Positions 24,201-37,984 of a stretch of DNA of 60,000 nucleotides are shown here, piece after piece. Where the stretch lies: NCBI RefSeq assembly GCF_963921235.1, contig NC_086108.1, positions 44,518,001 to 44,578,000 of the forward strand. The letters run 5' to 3'. A program made the position numbers and the translations under genes. How positions within the stretch are numbered: the first letter of the stretch is position 1; every line of letters begins with the position of its first letter. A model generated the notes under the pieces. It saw only the letters and a list, made by a program, of their open reading frames with translations, searched no databases and was not told the DNA's origin. Origin of the DNA: Mobula hypostoma. Taxonomy: Eukaryota.

Positions 24201-24810
24201 AGAGCATTGAGTATAGGAGTTGGGATGTAATGTTGAAATGGTACAAGGCATTGGTGAGGCTAAATTTGGAGTATTGTGTACAGTTCTGGTCACCGAATTA
24301 TAGGAAAGATGTCAATAAAATTGAGAGAGTACAGAGAAGATTTACTAGAATGTTACCTGGGTTTCATCATCTAAGTTATAGAGAAAGGTTGAACAAGTTG
24401 GGTCTTTATTCTTTGGAACATAGAAGGTTGAGGGGGACTTGATAGAGGTATTTAAAGTTATGAGGGGGATAGATAGAGTTAACATGGATAGGCTTTTTCC
24501 ATTAAGAGTGGGGGAGATTCAAACAAGAGGACATGAGTTGAGTGTTAAAGGGCAGAAGTTTAGGGTTAACATGAGGGGGAACTTCTTTACTCAGAGAGTG
24601 GTAGCTGTGTGGAACGAGCTTCCAGCAGAAGTGGTTGAGGCAGGATCGATGTTGTTGTTTAAAGTTAAATTGGACAGCTATATGGACGGGAAAGGAATGG
24701 AGGGTTATGGGCTGAGTGCAGGTCGGTGGGACTAGGTGAGAGTGAGAGTTCGGCATGGACTAGAAGGGCCGAGATGGCCTGTTTCCGTGCTGTGATGGTT
24801 ATATGGTTAT
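21290..24810 (+). mobile_element. 5'-truncated CR1 LINE, same family as 7134-11258, opposite orientation
   Basis: ORF1 esterase-like (VIGVSIV, DVVVHVETND, DGLHLN), APE and RT fragments nearly identical in peptide to the minus copy. TATGGT tail; possible AAGTC duplication. Confidence 0.95.
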
Positions 24811-25260
24811 AAGTCAAATCCCTTAAGGACTGTTTTGATTGACTTTCAGTTCCCCTGACCACATACTGAGCTAGTGACTAATACTTCCCTTATGTGCGAT
24901 CTGAGTTGGAGCAAACCGAGTGCATAGTGTCTGCATAACATTACACGGCAAAGGAAGGATGTCAGGATTGTGCGTGGAAAGGTGATCAAATATCAAATTA
25001 AAAAGCTGAGAGGGAAAAGTGGGAAGAATAAAATGTAGATAAATAACTGATGCTAAAGAGATGTGAATGTGATATTATACAATACTCAAAAGGAAGAGAA
25101 ATTGGAGAAGCTGGTGTACCAGAGGAAGTCCTAGTGGTCAAGACTGTTAAAATGGTGGATAACATGGTGGCAGGGCTCTCAGGTATTGGAAGAAAAACTG
25201 CATTTCACAAAAGCCCTGGTGTGTGAGTCCACATCATCTGTAAGAGAGTTTGAAGTCTTA

Positions 25261-27560
25261 GACCATAAGACATAGGGGCAGAATTAGGGTATTCAGCCCA
25301 TCGAGTCTGCTCCACCATTCCATCTTGGCTGATTATTGATTTGGCCTCCACAGCTGTCCGTGGCAATGAATTCAACAGGTTCAACAGCCCTCTAGCTAAA
25401 GAAGTTGATTCTTGTCTCTGTTCTAAATAGACGTCCCTCTATTCTGAGGCTGTGCTAGACTCTCGCACTATAGGAAACATCCTCTCCACATCCACTCTGT
25501 CTAGACCTTTCAGTATTTGATAAGTTTCAATGAGATTTCCTCCTTCATTCTTCTAAACCTCTACGAGTATAGGTCCAGAGCTATCAAATGCTCCTCACAC
25601 TGTAAGTTAACCTTTTCATTCCCGGGATCTTTCTTGTGCACCTTCTACAATGCTAGGATATCCTTTCTTAAATAAGGAGCCCAAAACTGCTCACAATACT
25701 CTTGTGTTCTGACCAATGCCTTACAAAGCCTCAGCATCGCACCCTTACTTTTAAAATCCAGTACTCTTGAAACGAAAGCTGACAATCCATTTGCCTTTCT
25801 TGCCACCAACTCAATCTGCAAGTTAACCTTTACGGAATCCTTTACTAGGACTCCCAAGTCCATTTGCAACTTAATTTTTTGAATTTCTCCCTATTTAAAG
25901 AGTAGTCTACACCTTTATTCCTTCTACCAATGTGCAAGACCATACAATTCTCTATACTATGTTCCATTTGCCACTTCTTTGCCCATTCTCCCAACCTGTC
26001 CAAGTCCTTCTGCAGACTCCCTGCTTCCTTAACACTATCTGCCCCATCACGTCAACAAACATGGCCACACAAATCCATCAATTCCCAAGTGGTCCCAATA
26101 CTGAACCCTGTGGGACACCACTGACACCAGCAGCCAACCAGAATAGGCCTCCTTTATTCCGACTCTTTGCCTCCTGACAGCCAGCCAATCTTCTATCTTT
26201 CCTGTAATACCACGGGCTCTTATCTTGCTAAGCAGCCTCGTGTGTGGCACCTTGTCAAAGGCCTTCTGAAAATCCAAGTAAACAACATTCACTGACTCTC
26301 CTTTGTCTATCCTGCCTGTTATTTCCTCAGAAGAATTCTAACAGATTTGTCAGGCAAGTTTTCTTCTTAAGGAAACCATGCTGACTTTGGCCTGTTTCAT
26401 CATGCGACTGCAAGTAACATAAAAACTCATCCTTAATAATGGACTCCAACATCTTCTCAACCACTGAAGTCAGGCTAACTAGCCTATAATTTCCTTTCTT
26501 CTGCCTCCCTCTCTTCTTGAAGAATGGAGTGACATCTGCAATTTTCCAGTCCTCTGGAACCATTCCAGAAATTAGTGATTCTTGAAAGATAATTACTAAT
26601 GCCTCCACAATCTCTTCTGCTACCCCTTGCGGAACTCTTATGAAGTCCATCCGGTCCAGGTGACTTAACTACCTTCAGACCTTACAGCTTCCCACGCACC
26701 TTCTCTTTAGTAATAGCAACTACACTCACTTCTGCCCCTGACACTCTTGATTTCTGACAGTGTCTTCCACAGTGAAGACTGACACAATATATTTATTGAG
26801 TTTGTCTGCCATTTCCTTGTCCCCCATTACTACTGCTCCAGTGGTTCAATATCCACACTAGCCTCACTTTTTAACTCTAAATATTTGGGGGGGGGGGGAA
26901 CTTTTGGTATCTTTCATATTATTGACTAGCTTACCTTCATATTTCATCTTTTCTCTATATTTTTAGTTGCCTTGTTAGTTTTTAAAATTTCCCAATTCTT
27001 TCCATTAATTTTTGCTGTATTGTATGCCCTCTCCTTTCCTTTAATTCTGTCCTTTGACTTCTCTTATCAGCCACAGTTGCACCATCTTCCCTTTAGAGTA
27101 CATCATCATTGGGATGTAACATCCTGTGCCTTCCGAACAGCCCCCAGAAACTCCAGCCATTGCTTTTCTGCTGTCATTGCTGTTAGTATCCTCCTTCCAA
27201 TCAACTTTGGCCAGCTCCTCTGTCATGTCTCTAATTCCCTTTACTCCACTGTAATATTGATACATTTGACTTTATCTTCCCCATCTCAAACTACAGGATG
27301 AATTTTATCATATTATGATTACTGCCTCCCAAGAGTTCTTTTACCTTAAGCTCCCTAATCAAATCTAGTTCATCACACAACACCCAATCCAAAATTGCCT
27401 TTCTCCTAGTGGGCTCAACCACAAGCTCCTCTAAAAAGGTATCTCAATACCCTCTCTTGGGATCCAGCACCAACCAGTTTTTCCCAATCTACCTGCATTT
27501 TGAAATCCTCTAGGACAATTGTAACATTGCCTTTATTAGATGCCTTTTCTGTTTCCAATT
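25261..27560 (-). mobile_element. Degenerate CR1 LINE (APE C-terminus to 3' end)
   Basis: VYLDFQKAFDKVPH (26047-26292) and PEDWKIADVTP (26327-26650); CR1 3' tail at the left end. Confidence 0.9.
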
Positions 27561-28254
27561 GAAATTCTGGCAATAACATTGATTAAAAATACCCCATGGA
27601 AAATGCATAGTAGTTCCTTAGATTGCTTTAGAGCTTTCTTTGTAAACAATCAGATTTTTGTTTCACTTTTCTGATAATTCAATTCTCCATGTCTTCTGGA
27701 TCTCAAGATTCTTTAATTTTTTTCCCATAATTCCATCCCTTTTTACACATTCAGTTCTGTCAGTGCAGTACCTGCTGACTTCTCATTAGCTTCTGGGCTT
27801 GCCTTCTGCATTTGTTTTTTCCCATTGAACTGCTCATCTGAACCATCTTTATGTGATATTAACCTTACAGATGATCCCCGAGCAGTTCCAAAACTTTTCT
27901 CTCCTCCATATCCGATTTAGTGTCAGCAGGGATTTGTGCTTTTGACTTCAGGGTCAGCACTGTTGCAGGATGTCATGCAAGCTAAGATCCCACCTTGTGG
28001 ATTAAGAACCTCTGCTGTGACAGAAGCTTGAGTGCCTTATTATTGGCTTCTATTTTCAATGACTTATGATTTTAAACTACGACTTCTCTCCAGAATGTTG
28101 TGCTGTTTTGCAATGTCCTTCATGGCTGATAGAACACATGACGAGATTAAAACCTGATTGTGAGGCACCCTATTGAAGGCAACATGACAACCAACCTCAT
28201 GAAGGCATAAATTTAGAATGAAGAGTTCTGAATTTTAAGACTGCCATTTAATAG

Positions 28255-28340
28255 CTGTGTGCCTGCAGAAAAAGAATCTCAGGGTTGTATGTGGCGACAT
28301 GTATCAACTCTGATAATAAATTTTACTTTGAAATTTGAAT
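28255..28340 (+). mobile_element. Short LINE 3' end (Rex1/L2-like)
   Basis: GAATCTCAGGGTTGTAT...GATAATAAA followed by a TTTGAA repeat tail. Confidence 0.45.
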
Positions 28341-28411
28341 TGATGTTCATTTGCTTTGTCTATGGGAGAGAAACACTTGTGTTTTTATAGTGAAATTATT
28401 GTTCTTTCTAG

Positions 28412-28513
28412 AACTCTCCCAACAACATGAGCAGCATTACCAATCCTCCAGGCACTCCGAGAGATGACGGTGAATTAGGAGGCAATTTTCTTCACTCCTT
28501 TCAAAATGATAAT
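28412..28513 (+). CDS. SSBP3: SSBP3 exon, [34 protein letters not shown]
   Basis: ttctag / gtgagt; 102 nt; [12 protein letters not shown] is SSBP3-type. Confidence 0.96.
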
Positions 28514-29538
28514 GTGAGTATGTGAGATCATCAGAGTTAAGTACATGTTAGCACAAATAACCATAGCAGATTTTACTTAGTGAGCTAATGTCATTCATGT
28601 TTTTATTTCTGGTGTGGTTCCTGAGATTTTTAAACTGCAATAATATTTAAGTTTGATTATAACAAGAATGAGTTTACACAAAGCGGTTTATATTAAAGCT
28701 TATAAAAGGGCAAAACCATTCTTGATGACTTGACTGATAATCTCCTTCCAGATGAAAAATCTCAGAACATTCGAGTTAAAAAGGGAGAAAAGGGTCAAAG
28801 TGGTGGCTCTTAGGGCAAGAATAGGATTACTTTGCTCTTGTGCGTCATACCCACTGAATATATTAAACAAGTTTGCTTTGACAAATCATTAGTCACTTTG
28901 CTTTTAAATGAAATTATAGATTTTTCCCATGAATTATATATTTTAACTTATGTTTTTTGAATACACCAACAAATTTTCAATACGGGGTCAACCATGATTT
29001 AAAAGAACTCCAGCTTTCTTCAGTAGGCTGTTGCATAACTGAGCAGTGGAAAGGTTACTTACTGTGTGGTTTGATGAAGCAAATGGTTGTGAATTAATTA
29101 GCTATAAGTGGAAATAAGCGAAGCATCAAAAAGCATTGAATTAGGAGTGGAAAACTTATGATTTAAGATGGTTTTTATTTTGTAAGCTAAAAATCATGCC
29201 AGTTGAGTGATAACTGTGTTGTGGACGTGGGTCAGATTGGAGGGAGAGAAAGAAAGAGTGGGAGGAAGCTGATGACAGGTGATGTTATTCTCATGTCCTG
29301 GTTTAGAGTTCCCACACTCATTGGCAATAATCCATAACTCAGTTGTGCAGTTTTTTTCTCAAATGATAAAACAATGTTCTTTTAATGAATTACTCCCTCC
29401 ACATTAGTGGAGATTAAATTGCAATGTAATATTGAGGTCAGTTTCAGCAAACTGTTTACAGTTTGCCATGTTTAGTAGAACCCAGATGCTACAAGATGTA
29501 TGGTTCCAACCCATGTAATCCTTGTCACTTTCTTTCAG

Positions 29539-29568
29539 TATTCCCCCAGCATGACGATGAGCGTGTGA
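29539..29568 (+). CDS. SSBP3: SSBP3 last coding exon, YSPSMTMSV*
   Basis: tttcag acceptor; canonical SSBP C-terminus; TGA at 29566-29568. Confidence 0.96.
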   Translation, partial: YSPSMTMSV

Positions 29569-31060
29569 TTTTTCCCCTTCCCCCTTCTCCAGGACCAGAA
29601 TGATGAGACAGCTGCCCTTTGGAAGATTAAAGAACGTATGCAAGAAGCAGTTCAACGTGTTGACGAGGAACTGGGGGCAAAACCCCAATTTTGAGTTTCA
29701 CGCAATAAAAAGGCTGAACTTCTTTAATTCCATAAACATGAAGGACAAAAACAAAAGATTCAAGACATAAAACCCTTCTCCTGGAAGGACTGTACGTTAC
29801 ACATCTCATCTTTTTGAAGCAAAGAAAAAAAATTTAAACGCCTCTAGCACCCGAACAGACCTCTTCCGCTTCATCCTCTGAACCCATGTATCTTTGTGCT
29901 GAACTGAATAAGGCGCTAGTCTAGGTATAAGATCCGATGTTGTCCATATTGTAGCCATTTTAACTGGGACATTTACACAATGTGGTTTACTTTCGAAGGC
30001 CCTTTCTAGGTGGCACAGATTTTTTTCTTGCTTCTGTGAGCCTTCCCCTCCAGGTGCAAGGTGTTAATCAGTGGCTTGTTCCATACCTGTGTAGCTGAAC
30101 GATGATATGCCAAGTGGGTTCCAGTTTCAGAGGAGCATATATTTTTTTTCCTAACTCCCTCCTTTCTCCAACCATCCACACACCCACTTTCCCCCTCTCC
30201 CTCCCACACACATACACATGCGCTTCCCAGTACCCACACGTATGTGCACACCTCGAATCTGGATTGCTTCATTCCTCTGTTACTTTATTGACCCAGAGGA
30301 AACCTCTGTGCGTGAGACAACTACAGACTTGATTGAACTAGATGAAAATAAAACAGTTGTAGTGGCACTACAATCGTGCTGGGATCTCTGTACAATTACA
30401 CACTACCTGCAGATGGTCTTTTGTTTAACCCCAATTCTATACAATGTGTATCAAGTTATGTAAAATATTATCTTGCCTGGACAACCCTTGTGCTGATTCT
30501 TGATAACATTGTAGCTGTTCTGTGTTTCTTACCCTGTAGTCTGGTTATAAAAAAGAAAAAAATTCTACAATGTAGTTTTGTGTTCAATATTTGTTGCTAA
30601 TGTTTTATTGAGGGATGTTTTTACTGCACCCCTTTACAGAGTTTTCAGGAACGTCAACTGTGTTTATTGTGCTGACTGCAGGTTATGGGATGTTAACATA
30701 CTTTGTTTTTGTTTGGGGGGGAGAGGGGTGGTAGGGGATGGGGGAAATAGCAGGATCTTTCTAAATGAATTGCCTTTTTAGATGTGTTTCAAATCAATCT
30801 AACTGTGTTTAGCTGTAGAGTTGCTGACCGAGTATGTAAATCTCCTATTTGCAGTCAGATCGGAACATACTGATGAAATTTTGGTGTTTTATTGTAGATT
30901 TCAGTCTCCAGGAAATCGTGCATTTTAAACTGAGACAAAGACAAGTCTGGCAAATGTAATTTTACAAATTCGCTAAATTATTGTCTTCATTGGGATGGTT
31001 TTGAATGAAACGGTTCTTTTCTCCAACGCTGTAATAAATATAAACATAAAACTTAATTTT
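29569..31060 (+). other. SSBP3: SSBP3 3' UTR (extent inferred)
   Basis: TE-free, U-rich sequence after the stop. AATAAA at 29704-29709 and 31033-31038, the latter followed by a T-rich tract. Confidence 0.55.
31033..31038 (+). terminator. Candidate SSBP3 polyadenylation signal
   Basis: AATAAA with downstream TTTTGATTCTTTTCTGTT. Confidence 0.5.
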
Positions 31061-34000
31061 GATTCTTTTCTGTTAACTTGCTATTCAGAGTTGTTGGAAG
31101 AAATACTGATATTTCCTGTTCCTCAACTTAAAAGAGTTAAAGTACAAGATACAATTTAAATAATTCCCATTCTGTATTGTACAGAATAATGAAGTGCAGT
31201 AGTTGTGGTAAAACTAGGCATTTGTTTGAAAAGGATCAAGCTGCTTGTGAAAGGTGGAGAGGTTCTATGTCACACCAGGAAACTCTTAAAGTATTACATG
31301 ACTGGTGCATAGGAAATTGAATATGAAAACAGCAAGCTATGGAAATTGTGGACTAAGCTGTCAAATGTCACTCTTGAGTGCACAATGCACTTAACTGTGT
31401 AGCACTCATCTGAATCCAGGGAAGGATGATGCCAGCATTCTTGCCATCTTGGTTATGCTCAAAATTAGATTGGGAAGCCTTAGGTCAATTTGGAAGATGG
31501 TAGACTTAGAGTACACATTGTCCAAATCAAAAACATTATGAAAACTCTCATTTTGTACGGTAGGGAATGTTCAATTAAATGGCTAGAACAAATCTAATTC
31601 CTACTTAATGTAGAACTAAGATGTTTGAGGCACCTGTTGAAGGCAAAATGCCTCTTAAAAGACCTCTACTAACCTGAGGTAGGATCAATGATGGAAGCCT
31701 AAAATAGCAAAGTATCACATTTCTATCTTGAGCATTAACTGCAGTGTAAAATTTATCCTTAAATACTGAGGCATGGACCAACCCACCCCAGTGTTTTTCA
31801 ATCGACTAGGAAATGAAGCTGCAATTGAATGGACTAGGAAATGAAATCAGAAATTAAATTATAGAACTTTAAAAAAGGAAATGGAAATGATAGTAAAATT
31901 GTGTGAAATGCAGATTTTTGTGTAGGGATTTGTCCTACACAACAATACACTAATATTTCACCAGTGACATCTCCTATTATCCATTTTCCTTGCAACCCTG
32001 TTTTTCTTTCCTAATCTAATTTTCTAATGAGATTATGACTTCTGCTTATGTGTAATTTTGAAAATCTGAAAGAAAATACAAATGGAATTTTCCAAAACGA
32101 ATAGGGGTGGTGGAAGGGAATGAGTAATGAGTGAAGTTGATAAACTTGTCTATGTATTTTGCCTGTGCATATTCTCCTGCAAGTAGCAGAGGACAACCAC
32201 TTTGCTGAATATATTTAAAATATGAAGAAATTATGGAACAAGAACTGAGAAACTGTAACAAAATAGTAATTTAGAAAACTAAAAACCATATAGATAAAAA
32301 TGTTTTAACAAAAACACAAAAATGGGAGATGGATAAAGAGGAAAATTAGCCTACCCACACAAAATTAAAAAGGGAAGTTGGAAAGAAATACACAAAAAAT
32401 TAAGAAACTAAAAAAAAGGAACAAGGAACTTAACAAATAGTGACCTTATTATGATGAAGAAATTAACCAAGTGAGTTGCTGACAAATGCTACCAAAAATT
32501 CACTAGAATTGTTTATTTATTTTAAAAAACATGTTTGAGCTGATAGATATGTCACTTTACAGTGTGTCTCCCAGCCTTGCTATTTCCATCAGCTCTCCCA
32601 CAGGTAATTTTTAAGGAAGTCAGGAAAGATGTTTCTAGCTCTTGACATTTAAAACTATGATGAGGCTTTTTAAGAATGTTTTGTCCTAATATGATATAAT
32701 CAGTGGTTGCTTCTGACCTGAGTATGTTGTTTTATCTTTGAACTATTAAAGTGTCATTACAAAATTAAATAATTCTGTTTTTTGAAGATTGCCAATATTG
32801 TATATTGTATAGAAATTATTTAATTTCTTATAACTGGTGCTGTAATTTTGCATTTGCAAAGCTAAATAGTTTTGTATCTATTGCCAAACATTGAGAAATA
32901 TAACCAGGTGACAACAAAATGATCTGGGATGCTTTGAAGTCTTAAGATATTTCAAGTGTTTTCAAGCTTAAAAAGCAGTACATAAAATGTATGCATCATT
33001 GAGACACTGATTCTTTGTTGCATTTATTCCTTGAGTTACTTCCTTGCATCCTGGTACTTATTGGCAATGATCATTAGATTTATTGTATTTGGCTTTCTCA
33101 TAAGTTTGACAGTTGCATCTCAGTATGTATTTTTCAAAGATACTTAAACTTCTCTGTTCTCTTAATAACTACAGTCTTGTGTTCCTGCAAGAGTTTCTTA
33201 AAATCTTATAAAATCTTTGTTATTTCAAGTATCAAGAGCAAGTCCAAGTGAATTGTGAGAGGAGGTGTAATTGAGTGTTATTCTAGGAACAATTGAGGGA
33301 AGCCACCAAAAAGAATAACATTAATTTGTTACATAATTAAATGCATTACTTCCATTGGTAAGGAATTGAGAATCAGATGAAAAGTTTGCTCAAATTGATG
33401 TAAAATGTAAACCAGGCTATTTATTCCATGCTGTCTCATGTGCTCCACATGAATTTCCTCATACTATGTTAATTTATTTTCAACATTGCTTGAATTCTTG
33501 AAGTGTTATTATTCAACTGGAGCAAAAAAGAAACACTTAAATTAGAATGATTTTAGGTTTGTAGAATCCATTTGTTAAAGGAAATCTCTTGAATAGAAAC
33601 CAAAGAATGTGTGAATGCCATGTGGGGGAAAAGAGATTGTGTACAGATGTTTACAGGTATAACTGAGGATGTGTACCAAATGATGGGTTTATTTTGCCTT
33701 CACGTTTTAAATGTTTGCTGTTAAGATGCTTAAACAAAAGTTAATTGTCTCCAAATTGGGAGTTGAATTTTTTTAAACAATTAGATTGAAAGTAAATTGC
33801 ATTAAAAAAAACCTCAGAATAGCTATTTTCAGTTTTAAATCTGTCATTACGATCACTTAAATATTTGTCAATGTGAACAAAATGCAGTGCAAATTAGTGA
33901 TATTTATAAGCTTTATCCATCTATTTCTAATCCCAACATCTTTCAAATGTCATTATGTAAAGTTGCAGTATACTGATGACTGACATATTTTGCATTTTGT

Positions 34001-37000
34001 ATGTATTTATACTGCAGTTGCTGTGTAATTAATTGGTCTTAGGTGGAGTGAGACAAAATCTTTATATAATAACTAGGAGAGTTTTTTTAAAAAGTAAATT
34101 GGATTTGACAGTGTACCTGAGAGTTTGTTCAAAATAATTCAGTCCACATTTATTTCAACGTTTTAATATTATATTGAAGTGAATTTGCTTCTGTAAATCT
34201 GCATTCTGTGAAAAAGACATGCTATGATTTTTACCCTGTATTAGAAACATGAGTTAGGTCGCCAACATTTTCTCACCAATCTGAAGAATATTATTTTACA
34301 TCCAGTGGCAAGTTAGTGAATTGCCAGGTTAAGTACAGTACAGGTACTGCAGGGAAATAAAACACTTACACTTGTTCAGTTCCAACAGGAAAGCAAATAA
34401 GTCAATTAGCATCTTGAAAGAGAAATTTAGGTGGCAAATTGCTCTCAAATTTCTCCTTTCTAGTCCATTTATAATACATTTTGTTTTATTCCTGCAATTG
34501 AATTTTCAACTAATCATTAAAATTTCTATTTACCACTGTTCTTTGCTATTGCTTCAGTATCTTAATGTTGGCTTATTGTATTTTGAAACAGGTTCATGTT
34601 CATTTTATTTTAACAGCTTCCATTTTCTTCCAGAATATGGTGACTTACTATATTGTTGCTTGTATCATGAACACATAGGTATTCTGATTTTGAACTTTAA
34701 GTGAATATTGTTGTACAAGATCCACAAAGACTTTGATGCATTTAATGCCAACCCCTCTCCAATCAAAGTATCAGCATTTGACATGGCTAGCATGACAGCT
34801 AACAGCTTTTTTGTAAAATATAAGTTCCAACTCTGGGTTCTACAAACAAGCTGTTTCCTCCTGACTCTCAACTCATCAGCCTTAGTCACATTGATTTTTA
34901 TTGTTTAACATTTTGAGTTTCCATCTTTACAAAACTATATTATTTCTGTCTAAACCTTTTAATCAGAGCTTCAATCTTATTGTCAGCTTGACTATGGACA
35001 TGCTTACTAATATTTGTGGCTCTCCCTTCACTGAAGAATGACAATACCAAGATTGTTTTCTAAATCTGTGCACACTTTAAACTAAACTTTGGAGATTTGA
35101 ATCTCACTTTCATTTTTGTAAGTTCTCATGGTACCTTATTTGTACCCTTGCCAAGAATCATCAAAATTGAGTGATTTCTAACCTCCAAGTTAAATACTTC
35201 GTGTTAAATACAACATTACCCCCATTCTCTTTATACTTTATATTGTCATTTTCCTTCCCATGTGTTTAAATTCTGTCCTACTGCTAAAATTGTTAGCAGG
35301 AAGCATTGGCTCATACTTTATTTTCAAGGCCAAAACTTGCATTACTAACCAAGCTTTTGTGTTGATTTTTTTTCTGTATATTTGTGCATGTTTTTTCAAT
35401 AATCGAACATTTAACTGAGGATTAACAATAAACATTAAGTACTCCTTGATGACTCTGTTTCTCATATTTGTCCCTTACATTCATAAATCAGTTGGTACCA
35501 GTGCAAAGATGCCTTTACAGTTGTGATGAAGTAGACAAATCTGATGCACGCAAGGCAGCTTCTGCTCTTCAGAAATTTTCTTTAAAGTAAACAACCTTTC
35601 TTTAAAGAACATTTAATGCATGAGAAGCAGACAGACCCACAAGAGGTTGGATAAGACTGTCCAACCTTCACTCTTCTATAAATAATTGGACTGAGATGGT
35701 GCCTCCTGTAAATATTTTTTTTTCCCGATTCTGATGCAAAATACCTTGCTCGTGAGCTTGGGTCAATGTACAACCTATTGTTTTTGATTCCTTGCTGGCT
35801 GAATGGATTAATGTGGTTTTAAATCAGCTTGATTGGGGATGACCCAAGATTTCTGTCCAGTCTTCTGATTGAGTTGATCTCAGATAGGGCAGCAATGGTA
35901 TCATTGCTGTTAATTGAGTTTTCCTTTTGTAAGAGAACTGCCTAAATTTTGACAATTACATCAATGATTGCTGTGCTGCTCGTAAATTCCCATTAATGCC
36001 AAATATAATTGAATATTAAATGGAAATTGGTAATGGAGGGTGGTAAAATTGCATCACTAAAAATATTATAGTCATATTTAAAGAGCAAGGACTAGGCAGG
36101 CAAAAGTAATTGTGCAAAGCCCTCTGAATCTACACTTGTGTCCGCTGAGAAAAGTGCTAAGACCTCGCAGGAAAAGCAGTATTTCTGAAAGTATCATTAT
36201 CTGAACAAAATTAATTTTACTATGTTAGCAATGCAAAGGCAGCATTTGGATCTGGAGAAATTCAACAGGTTAAGCAGCAGCTGTGGGAAGAAAGAAATTG
36301 TTGAAATTTTAAGTCAATACTCTACATTAAGGCCTGTAGCATGTTTGGTTATTTAATAGCTACAAAATCTTAAAAACCAATGCAGACCTCTCCGTTACTG
36401 GTGTTAAGGCAGATTAAGAAATACAGTTAAGGGGGAGGTGAGGCTGGGTTTCCCATTTCTTATCACCCATTGTTTGTTAATTTGCAAAAATGGGGTTTCT
36501 GAATTTAGTGCCTTTTATGAGCAAGATCATATCAGACTTTGGATTTGAATTATTTGTTCTAATTGCCAAGTTTTTTCTGTGATGTTTCCAAAGAAACTTC
36601 AGACACTTAAACTGAGTTGGGTTAATTCAGAATGTGGGAAAGAGACTGATATATTTCTAAACAGAGCTCTGATCAGAAAACTTGCAGCTAGCCAATTTTA
36701 TAAAACATCTGAATTTCAGACTATCTGATTTTGGATCCGTTGTGGATTAACTGATCCCTTTTTTTGTGTTAACTCTTTGCACTGGTGTTTCTTTCTCCAG
36801 TTACAGTAGTCCTTGCCCTCAACAGCATCTTATTAGATGATCCACTCTTCCCTAGCTGTTATTGTCCCCAACAGGATTTGCTGCTTTAAAATAAGCAAGT
36901 TGAATTTTTAAAGATGTAGTTAGGATGAAGGTACAATCTTGCTGTACAAGAAAAGACCACTCCTGCTCCAGTTAATTTAGTAACCATCTCCAGCTTCTGA

Positions 37001-37971
37001 GCATTCTTGAAATAATCCAGAGCAGCTTTCATCATCTACCTAGTTTTTTGTCCATTATCAAAGGTGTATCCTCTGATTATCGATCCCTTAAATTTAAATG
37101 TATTATTACAAATTATGAAGGATTTTTTAAATCTATATGGCCTTAAGCTCTGCTTTAAAATTAATTGTCCCATATTCTTGATTTTCTACCAAAGACTAAA
37201 ACCACTCATTTGCACCCTCATGAAAAATGTGCTCATGCTAAATTCAAAAAGTCAACCTTAAGTATAAGAAAAATACCCTATTACAGAAACTGCAGGTGTA
37301 CAGTAGATGTTTTTTTCCTAATGTCATTGCATGTCATTATTTCTTAAAATTGTTTCAATTTACAGCTTTCCATCAAATGTTAGAAATTTTGAAAAGCTGC
37401 AGAACAGCATTATAGCTAAATGGAACTGATAGATCCTGATAAACTGGCCACTATCTACATTCTGCTACCCTAGCAATGGCCCATATACTGCACATGAAAA
37501 AATTAGAATTCTCATGGGAAATATTTACATAATTTTCAATAGAATTTTGGACTTTCATCATGTTTGGATGAACAACAGCCTACAGGGCTGGAGTGAAGTC
37601 CAACCTAAATAAAACTGTAGTCCTCACTAACCAGAATTTAAAATATTAGAATGACTTTCCTGTATTGTAAGGAAAGAAATACATTAAACTGTGCATTATT
37701 TCAAAGTGTCAAGTTTAAACTAGCCATTGAAACATGAGCATTTTAAACATTTAATAAAAATAAAAATGGCATTATTCACAATTAATTATCTTAATTCTTT
37801 TCAACATGATACTCTTAATTCCATTTGAAACTTTTGGCAATACTGATTTTCATATACATCCACATTCAAAGTACTTTCATTTATGGTCAGTATTTCTTCC
37901 AGTTTCCACTAAAGAATCTTTTGTTTCCAAGACACATCATATGAATATGAACAGTTCTTCATATAAATAAA

Positions 37972-37977
37972 TTTATT
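37972..37977 (-). terminator. Candidate MRPL37 polyadenylation signal
   Basis: AATAAA on the minus strand 7 nt after the stop codon, inside a 20-bp palindrome. Confidence 0.45.
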
Positions 37978-37984
37978 TATAATT

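Noticed and set aside
28381..28411. Alternative acceptor 21 nt upstream of the NSPNN exon that would add a TGA
   Set aside because: Only an AG after a short T run; nothing in the sequence supports use as a poison splice site.
32200..32460. A-rich tract as a possible LINE tail
   Set aside because: Low complexity, no TSD or family motif identified.
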